A program made the translations under genes and the position numbers. DNA of 64,000 nt from Kiritimatiellia bacterium. GTDB taxonomy: Bacteria > Verrucomicrobiota > Kiritimatiellia > RFP12 > UBA1067. Location of the stretch: the NCBI GenBank assembly GCA_045535455.1, contig JAZSLQ010000253.1, positions 906 to 64,905 of the forward strand, written 5' to 3'. Positions 1 to 9,530 of this stretch are shown here, piece by piece (position 1 is the stretch's first letter; each line of letters opens with the position of its first letter). Under the pieces are notes generated by a model. That model ran no database searches, had not been told where the DNA came from, and was given only the letters and a program-made list of their open reading frames with translations.

Positions 1-1
1 C

Positions 2-1918
2 GATGCGAAGGAATGGGAGTCGGCGAGGCGCGGCGAACTGAAGACGTGGTTTCTCGAAAACGAGTACGGAGTTCCGCCTGCGGCGGCCAAGGTGCCGGAC
101 GTGACGTTCGCGGACGCCGCGCCGCCTCGCCCCGCGTTCGGCGGAACCGCCGTCGAGCGTCGCGTAATGGCGTCGTGCAGGGGGCCTTACGGAACCTTTT
201 CGTTCGAGTTCACGGCGTACATCCCCGTGAAGAAAGGTCCCTCCCCCGCGTTTCTCCTCATCGCCACGCGCGACATCAAGGACAAGGACAGAGACCTTGC
301 GAGGATGCAGAAGACAGGATACTGGCCGGCGAAGGAGATCGTCAGGCGCGGCTATGCGGCGGTGGCGTTCGTCAACTACGACGTGGCGGCCGATACCTAC
401 ACGTCCGAGACGGCGCTTGCAAGCGGCGTGTTCGCCGCATACGAGAGGCCGTCCGAGCGCACGCCGAAGAGCTGGGGCGCGCTGCGCGCCTGGGCGTGGG
501 GCGCGAGCCGGGTGATGGACTGGATCGAATGCGAACCGGCGATCGACGCGTCGCGCGTCGCGGTCGTCGGACATTCCCGCGGCGGAAAGGCCGCGCTTGT
601 CGCGGGCGTCACGGATGAGCGCTTCGCGATGGTGTGCTCCAACTGCTCCGGCACGGGCGGCGCGCGCATCATGCACATCGATCTCCCGAAAAGCGAGCCT
701 TGGACGAGCTGGGCGCATTTCGGCGTGCAGTACTGGTTCGCCCCGGCGGCGACCGAGCCGGGCTTTTCGTGGGAGAAGCACGACCAGCACCAGTTCCTCG
801 CGCTCATCGCTCCGCGGCTTCTTTGCGTCCGCTCGAAGACGCTGGACGACTGGGCGGGACCGGACGGCGAGCGCGAATGCGTCCGTTTTGCAAAGCCAGC
901 TTGGGATCTCTACGGAGCAGGCGACAACATCGGATACGCGCTTGCAAAGGGCAGGCATTCGCTCGATGCGCGCGACTGGTCCCGCTATATGGACTTTGCC
1001 GACAAGCGCATGACGACAGCATACGCCGAGTCAATGCGCGGCGCATTTGCCGCGGAATCGGGAGCAGGGGAGATCGTCCTCTGCGACCAGCTGAAGCAGA
1101 CGATCGACATCTACGACGCCGGCGGATCGAACGTCTGGCGCTGGTGCGCGAAGGACGACCCTGGACTGCAGGGCGGGGACAAGGGGGCCTTCATGAACAA
1201 TGTCGCGGAGTCCAAACCGTTTTGGGGCGGGTCAAAGATCGGCATGGTGTCGTGTGGCGGACGCTGGGCGGTGATCGACCGCGAGAAGTGCGCGGCTGTT
1301 GCGTGGGGCAGGAGCAAGGGACTTGCGCACTCAATTGAGCTTGTCGGCCCCGATGTCGTCGCAGTCGTCACGACTGACGGCGGCAATTCGCTCTACCTCT
1401 TCGACATCTCCGGCGATGCGGCGATGAATCCGTATAGGCAGAAGCAGTCTGCGCTTCTCTTCGACTCGCCGCACGGACTCCACTACGACGGCAGAAACCT
1501 CTGGCTTGTCGACACTCCAGGGCTCCACCGCTGCTCGATCTCGCGCGATGCGGACGGCACTCCTGTCGCAAAGGTCGAGAAGACGTGGCCATTCGCGGAA
1601 CTTGGCGTGATTCACGGACACGACCTCAGGCCCGTGCCGCGCACGACGCTCCTCGCAATGACGACGCACGAGAAGGTGCTGTTCTTCGACATGAAGACGG
1701 AGAGCTGGCGCGAGGACATGTTCATCGAGAGGCGGGACGTCAAGGCGTTCGATCCCTCGCCCGACGGAAAAAGCTTCCTCGTGACGACGGCGAAGACGAA
1801 GTGGTGGACAGATTCGCTCGAAGTCTGTACGCCGGGGGAAAAGGGCGGCGAGGCGGTCTTCGCCCCGTCCCTCGTCCTCCCGGGCGCGAAGATATACAAG
1901 GCCCGCTGGGTGAAATGA
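2..1918 (+). CDS. CE15-like glucuronoyl-esterase-type alpha/beta hydrolase with extra C-terminal domain (5' end outside window)
   Basis: The frame is open from base 2 (DAKEWESARRGELKTWFLENEYGVPP...), so the GTG at 92 in the ORF track is probably internal. Nucleophile motif VVGHSRGGKAALVAG resembles the CE15 G-[CH]-S-R-x-G-K motif. The C-terminal ~280 aa has no motif I can name. Confidence 0.6.
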   Translation, partial: DAKEWESARRGELKTWFLENEYGVPPAAAKVPDVTFADAAPPRPAFGGTAVERRVMASCRGPYGTFSFEFTAYIPVKKGPSPAFLLIATRDIKDKDRDLARMQKTGYWPAKEIVRRGYAAVAFVNYDVAADTYTSETALASGVFAAYERPSERTPKSWGALRAWAWGASRVMDWIECEPAIDASRVAVVGHSRGGKAALVAGVTDERFAMVCSNCSGTGGARIMHIDLPKSEPWTSWAHFGVQYWFAPAATEPGFSWEKHDQHQFLALIAPRLLCVRSKTLDDWAGPDGERECVRFAKPAWDLYGAGDNIGYALAKGRHSLDARDWSRYMDFADKRMTTAYAESMRGAFAAESGAGEIVLCDQLKQTIDIYDAGGSNVWRWCAKDDPGLQGGDKGAFMNNVAESKPFWGGSKIGMVSCGGRWAVIDREKCAAVAWGRSKGLAHSIELVGPDVVAVVTTDGGNSLYLFDISGDAAMNPYRQKQSALLFDSPHGLHYDGRNLWLVDTPGLHRCSISRDADGTPVAKVEKTWPFAELGVIHGHDLRPVPRTTLLAMTTHEKVLFFDMKTESWREDMFIERRDVKAFDPSPDGKSFLVTTAKTKWWTDSLEVCTPGEKGGEAVFAPSLVLPGAKIYKARWVK

Positions 1919-1938
1919 TGCCGTCGTGATTTGTGTGA

Positions 1939-1968
1939 TTGCAAGGTAGGTAGGATTTTTGGTAAAAT
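1939..1968 (+). promoter_or_regulatory. Putative promoter TTGCAA-N18-TAAAAT with TGG extension, ending 7 nt before the GH2 ATG
   Basis: TTGCAA 1939-1944, TGG 1960-1962, TAAAAT 1963-1968, ATG 1976. The 7-nt gap has no Shine-Dalgarno sequence, so a leaderless or near-leaderless transcript is predicted. Confidence 0.45.
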
Positions 1969-1975
1969 ACCTAAA

Positions 1976-4693
1976 ATGAACACGACAAAGAAAACGTCAA
2001 TATTGATGCTGGTCGCACTTGCGGCGTTTATTTCCTGCGCCGGGGCGATTCCGCTCCCTGAGCATCCGCGTCCCGACTGGGAGCGCGCCGAGTGGGTAAA
2101 CCTGAACGGCGAATGGGACTTCGCCTTCGAAGCGAAGGGCACGCCAGTCGACGCGCCGGCGCGTCCGGAGAAGTTCGACCAGAAGATCGTCGTTCCGTTC
2201 GGATGGGCCGCGCCGCTTTCGGGAGTGAAGGGCGAGGGGGACAGCGCGTGGTACAGGCGCGAGGTTGAGATTCCGGCGGACTGGAAGTCGCCGCGATTCT
2301 TCCTCGTTGTCGGCGCGTGCGACTGGCAGACCGACGTCTTCGTGAACGGGAAGTTCGTCGACAGGCATCAGGGCGGCTACGTTCCGTTCGAGGTAGAGCT
2401 CACCCCCTTCGCGAAGAAGGGCGGGAAGGCGACGGTCGAACTGCGCGTGTGGGACGCGCCTGCGCCCGTGGCCAACAAGGACTGGCGGCTTTACGGCAAG
2501 CAGGGCTACGGCAACGCGCGCGGCATCTGGCAGACGGTCTATCTCGAAGGACGCGGCGACAGCTATATCGAGTCCGTGCGCTTCGAGCCCTATTTCGCGA
2601 CGAGCCTCTGCGAAGACCACGTCCTTGTCAGCGTCACGCTGGGCGCGCCTGCGAAAGCGCCCCTCGATGTCACGATCGCCTTCAAACCGGAGGACGGCGG
2701 CGCGAAAGTCAGCGAGACTTTCGGAGTCGGGGAAATGGAGAGGGACATCAGCATACCAATAAAGGATGCGAAGGTCTGGGATCTCGACAATCCCTATCTC
2801 TACGAAGTGACGGTGAAGGCGGGCGACGACGAGGTGTCCACGTATTTCGGATTCCGCGAAATCGGCGTGGGGAAGAATCCGAACGGACACCCCTACGTGA
2901 CGCTGAACGGCAAGCCGGTCTATCTCCAGCTCACGCTCGACCAGAGCTACCACCCGGATGGATTCTACACCTTTCCGACGGACGAGTTCATGAAGAACGA
3001 GATACTTATTTCCAAGAAGCTCGGGCTGACCGGCAACCGCGTCCACATCAAGGCGGAGATTCCGCGCAAGCTGTACTGGGCCGACAAATTGGGGCTTCTC
3101 ATAATGGCCGACGTGCCGAACTGGTGGGGGCATGCAAGCGAGACTGCGTTCCGCGAGCATTGGGCGTGCTTCGAGGGAATGCTCAAGCGCGACTTCAACC
3201 ATCCGTCCGTCTTCGCGTGGGTGCTGTTCAACGAGACGTGGGGACTCTTCTCCGAGGGCCACGTCTACTCGGACGCAACGAAGCGCCGCGTGGCGGACGT
3301 GTGGCGCAGGGCGAAGGAGGCCGATTCGACGCGCATTATCGAGGACAATTCTCCGTGCAACAACGACCATGTCGTAACCGACATCAACACATGGCACTCC
3401 TATCTGCCGGGATGGAAGTGGGAGTCGAGGCTCGACGAATTCTGCTCGAAGACGTTTCCCGGCTCGAAGTGGAACTACAAGGGCGGTTTTGTTCAAAGGA
3501 CATTCGAGCCGATGATGAACTCCGAGTGCGGCAATGTCTGGGGTTACGATGGTTCGACGGGAGACTGCGATCTCACGTGGGACTACCACATGATGATCAA
3601 CGCTTTCCGCCGCCACATGAAATGCGCGGGATGGCTCTACACCGAGCACCACGACGTCATCAACGAATGGAACGGATACGTCCGCTTCGACCGCACCGAG
3701 AAGGAGTTCGGCATTGAGGAGCTCTTCCCCGGGATGACCTTCCGCGATTTCCACGCGGACGCATACATGCCGCTCGACAAGGAGCTCTGCCGCGAATTCA
3801 AGGCGGGCGACACATACGTCGTCCCTGTCGACATCTCGCTGACGACCGACCGCTATGCAGGGAAGAGGATTTCGGTTGGTTTTTCGGTCCGGTACATCAA
3901 CGGCGAGGGTGTGGCGCGCGACGGCCAGTGCGGCGGCATTCTGCCGAGTTCGTTTGTGGCGAAGGCGTGGCAGGAGGGGCATCTCGCGTTCCTTCCCGTG
4001 AAGCTCCCGGACTGCGACGCGTGCGGAACCGTGAACGTCACGCTCTATGCGGACGACGAGCCGATTGCGCGCAACTTCACGTGCTTCATCACGCGAAAGG
4101 CCGAGCCGAAGGAGGTGCGTCCGGTTAAGGCCGAGTGGTCGCTCGGTCGGTGGGATGTTCTCGGCGGCAAGAAGGACTGCGGCGCGGGCACGGGGTTCTT
4201 CGAGTACGAGTTCGACGCGCCGAAGGGCGAGTGCGTGTTCCGCGCCGAGGTCTCTTCCAAGCGTCTCAACGCGAAGGACTTCAAGAAGGACGCGTCCTCT
4301 GACACGGACATCGACTACATGCTCGGCGGACTCGCAGACCGCTCGCAGAACCCCAACAGCTATCCGCAGACGTCCGTCGCGCACAAGTATCCGGGCTCGG
4401 TCAAGGTGTACGCCAACGGCACGCTTGTCGCGACGGTCGAGCTTCCGGACGATCCCGCGGACCACCGCGGCATCCTGTCGTGGTTCTCGCAGGAACGCGC
4501 GAAGGACGGCAAGAACAGGCTCCACGAGGCGGGCAGCTACGGCTATCTCGTCGAGGCGAAGATACCGGCCGAAGTCGCCGCCGCGTCGAAGGACGGGAAG
4601 ATGACGATTCGGCTTGCGGCGGAGAAGACGGGGCTTGCCGTCTACGGCCCGCGCTTCGGCCGCATGCCGTTCGGTCCGCATCTCGCAGAGTAA
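1976..4693 (+). CDS. Glycoside hydrolase family 2 (beta-galactosidase/beta-glucuronidase-like), secreted
   Basis: 905 aa starting at MNTTKKTSILMLVALAAFISCAG (signal-like), 15 codons downstream of the track start. GH2-type sugar-binding region (WYRREVEIPADW..., VNGKFVDRHQGGYVPFEVELT) and catalytic-barrel pattern NHPSVFAWVLFNE. Confidence 0.85.
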   Translation: MNTTKKTSILMLVALAAFISCAGAIPLPEHPRPDWERAEWVNLNGEWDFAFEAKGTPVDAPARPEKFDQKIVVPFGWAAPLSGVKGEGDSAWYRREVEIPADWKSPRFFLVVGACDWQTDVFVNGKFVDRHQGGYVPFEVELTPFAKKGGKATVELRVWDAPAPVANKDWRLYGKQGYGNARGIWQTVYLEGRGDSYIESVRFEPYFATSLCEDHVLVSVTLGAPAKAPLDVTIAFKPEDGGAKVSETFGVGEMERDISIPIKDAKVWDLDNPYLYEVTVKAGDDEVSTYFGFREIGVGKNPNGHPYVTLNGKPVYLQLTLDQSYHPDGFYTFPTDEFMKNEILISKKLGLTGNRVHIKAEIPRKLYWADKLGLLIMADVPNWWGHASETAFREHWACFEGMLKRDFNHPSVFAWVLFNETWGLFSEGHVYSDATKRRVADVWRRAKEADSTRIIEDNSPCNNDHVVTDINTWHSYLPGWKWESRLDEFCSKTFPGSKWNYKGGFVQRTFEPMMNSECGNVWGYDGSTGDCDLTWDYHMMINAFRRHMKCAGWLYTEHHDVINEWNGYVRFDRTEKEFGIEELFPGMTFRDFHADAYMPLDKELCREFKAGDTYVVPVDISLTTDRYAGKRISVGFSVRYINGEGVARDGQCGGILPSSFVAKAWQEGHLAFLPVKLPDCDACGTVNVTLYADDEPIARNFTCFITRKAEPKEVRPVKAEWSLGRWDVLGGKKDCGAGTGFFEYEFDAPKGECVFRAEVSSKRLNAKDFKKDASSDTDIDYMLGGLADRSQNPNSYPQTSVAHKYPGSVKVYANGTLVATVELPDDPADHRGILSWFSQERAKDGKNRLHEAGSYGYLVEAKIPAEVAAASKDGKMTIRLAAEKTGLAVYGPRFGRMPFGPHLAE

Positions 4694-4757
4694 ACCGCGA
4701 GACCCTGGATCCGCCGTGTGAAGCTGTCCATTCTGTCCATTCTGGGCGCGGCAATTA

Positions 4758-4766
4758 TGGTATAAT
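4758..4766 (+). promoter_or_regulatory. Extended -10 element TGGTATAAT, 8 nt upstream of the argJ ATG
   Basis: TATGGTATAAT at 4756-4766, ATG at 4775, no SD in between. I found no good -35. Confidence 0.45.
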
Positions 4767-4774
4767 ATCTGCAA

Positions 4775-5995
4775 ATGGCAGTTTGCAGGAAAGTCAAGGG
4801 CGGCGTCTGTTCCGCCAAGGGGTTCCGCGCGGCGGGAGTCGCGGCGGAGATCAAGTACAAGGGGCGCAACGACGTGGCGCTGATCGTTGCCGATGCACCG
4901 TGCTCGGCGGCCGCGGTATTCACCACTAACAAGGTGGCCGCCGCGCCGGTCGTCTACGACCGCTCGGTCGTGAAGGGTGGCAAGGTTCAGGCGATTCTCG
5001 CCAATTCCGGCTGCGCGAACGCATGCACCGGCGAGCAGGGGCTCGAGGACGCTCGCCTCTCGGCGCTCGTCACCGCGGGCGAACTTGGGCTTGACCCGCA
5101 CCACGTGCTCGTCGCGTCCACCGGCGTTATCGGCCGTCGTCTTCCAGTCGATCGGCTTCTTGCTGGCATGAAAGCGGCTACCAAGGCGCTTGGACGCACC
5201 GGCGCTCATGGGCTTGCGGCGGCGAAAGCCATCATGACTACCGACACGCGTTCGAAGGAGGCGTGCGCTACCGTCACTATCGGTGGCAAAAAGGTGACAG
5301 TCGGCGGCATGTCGAAGGGTTCCGGGATGATCGAGCCAAACATGGCGACGATGCTCGGCTTTATCACTACCGACGCGGCGGTTTCGCCGCGGATGCTGAA
5401 ACGCGCCCTCCAGCTCGCTGTTGGCCGCAGCTTCAACCGCCTCGTAGTCGATGGCGACGAATCGACGAACGACTCCCTTTTCATCCTCGCGTCGGGCAAG
5501 GCGGGAAACCGCGAGATCGACGCCCCCGGCAAGGACTTCGACGCTTTCCGCGCCGCGCTTGAGACGGTGTGCATCTCGCTCGCCCGCCAGATGGCGACTG
5601 ACGGCGAGGGCGCGACGAAGTTCGTGACCGTCACCGTGAAGGGCGCGAAGACGGAGCGCGACGCCGAGCGCGCCGCGCGTGCCGTCGCGAAGTCGCCGCT
5701 TGCAAAGACGAGCTGGTTCGGCAAAGATCCCAATTGGGGACGCGTTCTCGCGGCCGTCGGCTACTCGGGCGCGGAAGTCGTGGACATGAAGTCGGAAGTC
5801 TTCTACGACGGCGTCTGGGCGTTCCGCTTCGGGAAGGTCGCAGACGAGAAGCAGCTCGCGCGGCTCGCGAAGGTCATGGAGAAGGATGCTTTCTCGGTCG
5901 TCGTCAATCTGCACCTCGGTTCGGCCGAGAGCACGATCTACACTTGCGACCTCTCGCTTGACTACGTACATATCAACGCCGACTATACGACGTAA
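4775..5995 (+). CDS. argJ: Bifunctional ornithine acetyltransferase / N-acetylglutamate synthase
   Basis: 406 aa. ArgJ self-cleavage/active-site context PNMATMLGFITTDA, and N-terminal KGFRAAGVAAEIKYKGRNDVALI typical of ArgJ. Confidence 0.92.
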   Translation: MAVCRKVKGGVCSAKGFRAAGVAAEIKYKGRNDVALIVADAPCSAAAVFTTNKVAAAPVVYDRSVVKGGKVQAILANSGCANACTGEQGLEDARLSALVTAGELGLDPHHVLVASTGVIGRRLPVDRLLAGMKAATKALGRTGAHGLAAAKAIMTTDTRSKEACATVTIGGKKVTVGGMSKGSGMIEPNMATMLGFITTDAAVSPRMLKRALQLAVGRSFNRLVVDGDESTNDSLFILASGKAGNREIDAPGKDFDAFRAALETVCISLARQMATDGEGATKFVTVTVKGAKTERDAERAARAVAKSPLAKTSWFGKDPNWGRVLAAVGYSGAEVVDMKSEVFYDGVWAFRFGKVADEKQLARLAKVMEKDAFSVVVNLHLGSAESTIYTCDLSLDYVHINADYTT

Positions 5996-6066
5996 AGTTT
6001 AAAGTTTAAAGTTGAAAGTTGAAAGTTTGAAGAGCAAAGTTTAAAGCAGAAGTTGAAAGGGGAAAG
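5994..6066. repeat. Tandem heptamer array AAAGTTK (about 10 units, degenerating 3') filling the argJ/tolB-like intergenic region
   Basis: aaagttt aaagttt aaagttg aaagttg aaagtttg aagagc aaagttt aaagcag aagttg aaagggg aaagac, then ATG at 6069. Confidence 0.9.
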
Positions 6067-6068
6067 AC

Positions 6069-7238
6069 ATGACAAATAAATTCTTGGTTTTTGCATGTGT
6101 GGTTGCGGCGGCGATTGCGGGGAACTGCGCTACCGTCGTCGACGTTACCGGCATAGGTGCGCACGACAAGCAGTCCGTCTCGATCAGTGTAAGCGGCAGT
6201 GGCGCAGATGCGTATATGAAGACGCTTAAGCGCAACCTCGAGCTCACAGGTTGCTTCAAGGTCGAGAACGGCGGCGCGATCAAGGTGTCCGGCGCGATCG
6301 GCGGGACGATCGTCGCCTCCGGAGCCGGCAAGACGATCAGCGTGATGACCCCTGCGGGCGACGACAAGGCGATAAGGATGGCCGCGCGTCGCATGAGCGA
6401 CGATATCTGCGCGGCGATGTCCAAGGACGGGCAGAAGGGCTTCGCATGCGACCGCGTCGTGTTCGTGTCACGCAAGAGCCCGCAGTCTTCCGAACTTTGC
6501 ATGTGCTATCCCGACGGACAGGATGTCCGCCAGCTTACGAGCGACGGCAAGGTGGCGGTCGGTCCTCGCTGGAAAGACGCGAAGACAGTTTACTACATCG
6601 GCTACCTGAACGGCGGCCAGCAGATCTTCGAGCACAACGTCGAGACCGGGGAGCGCAAGCTTGCGTTCAACCTGAAGGGAATCTCGTCGCCCGCGGCGAT
6701 TTCGCCCGACGGCACCAAGGTAGCGATTGCGGCGTCCTTCCAGGGCAATCCAGAGCTCTACATCCTCTCGGGCGGGCGCTATACGCGTCTTACGAACACC
6801 AAGACCGCGAGCGAGGGCCAGCCGTCGTGGAGCCCCGACGGCACGAAGATAGCGTACGTCTCCGACGAAACACGCCATCCGCAGATCTACGTCGTCGACG
6901 TCGCGACGAAGGCGAGCCGCCGCCTCACGGCAAAGGGCTCGCAGAACGTCGACCCCGACTGGGGCGCCGACGGCCGCATCGCGTACATCACGAAGCGCGG
7001 CGGGCTCGCCCAGGTGGCCGTCATGGATCCAAAGGTCGGCGACTCCTCAGCGAAGCTCGTGACGTCGCCCGGCAGCTGGGAGCATCCCGTGTGGTCGCGC
7101 GACAGCCGCCACCTCGTCGCGGGGCGCGACAAGGCGCTTTTCGTCGTTGACTCAGTAGAGGCGGCGGAGGGCGGCGACGAACCGCGGCAGATGTTCCGCG
7201 CCGCCGGAAACTGGATCACTCCGACATGGATTAGGTAG
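6069..7238 (+). CDS. TolB-like periplasmic beta-propeller protein
   Basis: Signal-like N-terminus MTNKFLVFACVVAAAIAGNC. Repeated TolB/WD40-like blades: AISPDGTKVAIAAS, PSWSPDGTKIAYVSD, DPDWGADGRIAYIT, HPVWSRDSRHLV. Confidence 0.75.
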   Translation: MTNKFLVFACVVAAAIAGNCATVVDVTGIGAHDKQSVSISVSGSGADAYMKTLKRNLELTGCFKVENGGAIKVSGAIGGTIVASGAGKTISVMTPAGDDKAIRMAARRMSDDICAAMSKDGQKGFACDRVVFVSRKSPQSSELCMCYPDGQDVRQLTSDGKVAVGPRWKDAKTVYYIGYLNGGQQIFEHNVETGERKLAFNLKGISSPAAISPDGTKVAIAASFQGNPELYILSGGRYTRLTNTKTASEGQPSWSPDGTKIAYVSDETRHPQIYVVDVATKASRRLTAKGSQNVDPDWGADGRIAYITKRGGLAQVAVMDPKVGDSSAKLVTSPGSWEHPVWSRDSRHLVAGRDKALFVVDSVEAAEGGDEPRQMFRAAGNWITPTWIR

Positions 7239-7254
7239 GAGTTAGGGGTCAGTA

Positions 7255-7545
7255 ATGAAAATTGATGTTGCGTATGTGGCGGAGCTTGCGCGGCTCGAGC
7301 TCACCGACGGGGAAAAGTCGGTGTTCCAGCCTCAGCTCGAGAACATCGTCAAGTACGTCGAGAAGATTTCGGAGGTCGACGTCGAGGGTGTGGAGCCGAT
7401 GATGCACGGGCGTACGCTCGTCAACGCGTTCCGCGAAGACGTGGTGCGTCCCTCGCTTGCGGTCGAAACCGCGCTTGCCAACGCGCCAAAGCGCGTGGGC
7501 GACGAATTCCTCCTACCCAAGATCGTCGAAGGAGCGGAGAGCTGA
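7255..7545 (+). CDS. gatC: Asp-tRNA(Asn)/Glu-tRNA(Gln) amidotransferase subunit C
   Basis: 96 aa with a GatC-like sequence (MKIDVAYVAELARLELTDGEK...), immediately upstream of gatA. Confidence 0.9.
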   Translation: MKIDVAYVAELARLELTDGEKSVFQPQLENIVKYVEKISEVDVEGVEPMMHGRTLVNAFREDVVRPSLAVETALANAPKRVGDEFLLPKIVEGAES

Positions 7546-7546
7546 C

Positions 7547-8962
7547 ATGGAACTCTACGAACTTGGAATCAAGGCGGCGCAGGACGGAATCGCGAAGGGC
7601 GAGTTCTCGTCGATCGAGCTGACTCAGGCGATTATCGACCGCTACCACGCGAAGAACGCCGAGATCGGCGCGTACCTCACGTTCGACGAGGAACAGGCGC
7701 TTGCGCTTGCGCGCGAGAACCCGAAGGCGGTGCCGATCGCGGTAAAGGATTTGATCAACGTCGCGGGCCAGCCCTGCACATGCGCGTCCAAGATATTGAA
7801 AGGGTATGTATCTCCCTACGACGCGACTGTTATCAAGAACATGAGGGCGCATGGGTTCATCCCCGCGGGGCGCGTCAACATGGACGAGTTCGCAATGGGC
7901 TCTTCGACCGAGAACTCTGGTCTTGGCGTGACGCGCAACCCCTACGACCTTGGGCGCGTTCCAGGCGGCAGCTCCGGTGGCAGCGCGGCGGCGGTCGGCG
8001 GTAATCTTTGCATCGCGGCGCTTGGCACCGATACGGGCGGCTCCATTCGCCAGCCGGCGAGCTTCTGCAATTGCGTTGGCGTGAAGCCAAGCTACGGGCG
8101 CGTGAGCCGCTATGGCGTCACGGCGTTCGCGAGTTCGCTCGACCAGGTGGGCCCGATGACGAAGTCCGTCGAGGACGCTGCGATACTCCTTGGGGCGCTC
8201 GCAGGCCACGACGAGATGGACGGCACGACGCCTAAAGACCCTGTTCCTGACTACGCATCTGCGCTTGAGGGCGCGTCGATGAAGGGCGTCCGGCTCGGCG
8301 TCGCGAAGGAGTATTTCGACGTCAAGGGGCTCGATCCCGAAGTGAAGCGCATTACCGAAGAGGCGATTTCGATGTGCGAAAAGGCGGGCGCGGAGCTCGT
8401 CGAGGTGTCGCTCCCGCACACCGAGTACGCGATGGCGGTTTACTACATCATCGCGCCGGCCGAGGCGAGCGCGAACCTTGCGCGGTTCGACGGCGTGCGC
8501 TATGGGCACCGCTCCGCCGAGGCGAAGGACGTCTTTTCCCTCTATACGAAGTCGCGCGCCGAGGGCTTCGGGCCCGAGGTAAAGCGCCGCATAATCATGG
8601 GGACTTACGTTCTCTCGAGCGGCTACTACGATGCGTACTACGGGCGCGCCCAGAAGGTCAGGACGCTCATAACGCGCGACTTCACCGAGGCGTTCGGGAA
8701 GTGCGACGCGCTTCTCTCGCCCTGCGCCCCGACGCCGGCGTTCAAGTTCAACGAACTTCAAGACCCGCTTACGATGTACCTCAACGACCTCTTCACGATC
8801 CCGTCGGCGCTCGCAGGCGTCTGCGCCTCGTCGGTCCCTGCGGGCTTCTCGCGCGACACGAAGATGCCGGTCGGCGTCCAGTTCATCTGCGGCGCGTTCG
8901 AGGAGGCGAAGCTCCTGAAAATTTCAAAAGCATTTGAAGAACTGCGGGGAAGTTTGGTATAA
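7547..8962 (+). CDS. gatA: Asp-tRNA(Asn)/Glu-tRNA(Gln) amidotransferase subunit A
   Basis: Start moved to [12 protein letters not shown] (ATG 7547, 1 nt after the gatC stop). Amidase signature [11 protein letters not shown] and [12 protein letters not shown]. Confidence 0.93.
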   Translation: MELYELGIKAAQDGIAKGEFSSIELTQAIIDRYHAKNAEIGAYLTFDEEQALALARENPKAVPIAVKDLINVAGQPCTCASKILKGYVSPYDATVIKNMRAHGFIPAGRVNMDEFAMGSSTENSGLGVTRNPYDLGRVPGGSSGGSAAAVGGNLCIAALGTDTGGSIRQPASFCNCVGVKPSYGRVSRYGVTAFASSLDQVGPMTKSVEDAAILLGALAGHDEMDGTTPKDPVPDYASALEGASMKGVRLGVAKEYFDVKGLDPEVKRITEEAISMCEKAGAELVEVSLPHTEYAMAVYYIIAPAEASANLARFDGVRYGHRSAEAKDVFSLYTKSRAEGFGPEVKRRIIMGTYVLSSGYYDAYYGRAQKVRTLITRDFTEAFGKCDALLSPCAPTPAFKFNELQDPLTMYLNDLFTIPSALAGVCASSVPAGFSRDTKMPVGVQFICGAFEEAKLLKISKAFEELRGSLV

Positions 8963-8963
8963 T
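8934..8963 (+). promoter_or_regulatory. Putative promoter TTGAAG-N18-TATAAT (TGG-extended) inside the 3' end of gatA, 7 nt before the cyclophilin ATG
   Basis: TTGAAG 8934-8939, TGG 8955-8957, TATAAT 8958-8963, ATG 8971, no SD. Leaderless configuration. Confidence 0.5.
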
Positions 8964-8970
8964 CTCGGCC

Positions 8971-9465
8971 ATGAAAGCTACCATCGAGACTTCAAAGGGC
9001 ACGATAACCCTCGAACTTGACGGAGAGAAGGCCCCGGCGACTGTGGCGAATTTCGCGCAATACGCGAAAAGCGGTTTCTACGACGGCACCATTTTCCACC
9101 GCGTCATCGACGGGTTCATGATCCAGGGCGGCGGTTTCACCCGCGACATGAACCAGAAGGAGACGCGCGAGCCGATCATGATCGAGTCGATGAACGGGCT
9201 TTCAAATGTGCGCGGCACGATTGCCATGGCCCGCACGATGAACCCGAACTCCGCGACGAGCCAGTTCTTCATCAACGTCGTGGACAACGGCTTCCTCGAC
9301 TTCACGGCGCCCACGGTGCAGGGGTACGGATACGCCGTGTTCGGCCGCGTAACCGACGGTCTCGACGTGGTCGACGCCATCGCGAAGTCGCGCACGAGGT
9401 CGGTAGGCCCCTACGAGAATGTGCCCGAGGAAGCCGTCGTGATACGCAAGGTTGTCGTAGATTGA
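8971..9465 (+). CDS. ppiB: Peptidyl-prolyl cis-trans isomerase, cyclophilin type
   Basis: 164 aa. Cyclophilin motifs [15 protein letters not shown] and [10 protein letters not shown]. Confidence 0.9.
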   Translation: MKATIETSKGTITLELDGEKAPATVANFAQYAKSGFYDGTIFHRVIDGFMIQGGGFTRDMNQKETREPIMIESMNGLSNVRGTIAMARTMNPNSATSQFFINVVDNGFLDFTAPTVQGYGYAVFGRVTDGLDVVDAIAKSRTRSVGPYENVPEEAVVIRKVVVD

Positions 9466-9468
9466 CGG

Positions 9469-9497
9469 TTGCCAAGTCGGCTGGGAAAGTTTATAAT
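9469..9497 (+). promoter_or_regulatory. Putative promoter TTGCCA-N17-TATAAT
   Basis: TTGCCA 9469-9474 and TATAAT 9492-9497, followed by SD AGGAG (9520-9524) and ATG 9531. Confidence 0.4.
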
Positions 9498-9530
9498 AAC
9501 CACAATACCACCAATATCCAGGAGTGACAA

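Noticed and set aside
1997-5971. 1324-aa minus-strand ORF spanning the GH2 and argJ genes
   Set aside because: It is antisense to two genes with clear family motifs. Its composition is arginine/alanine/valine-rich with no motif. Long spurious antisense ORFs are expected at about 65% GC.
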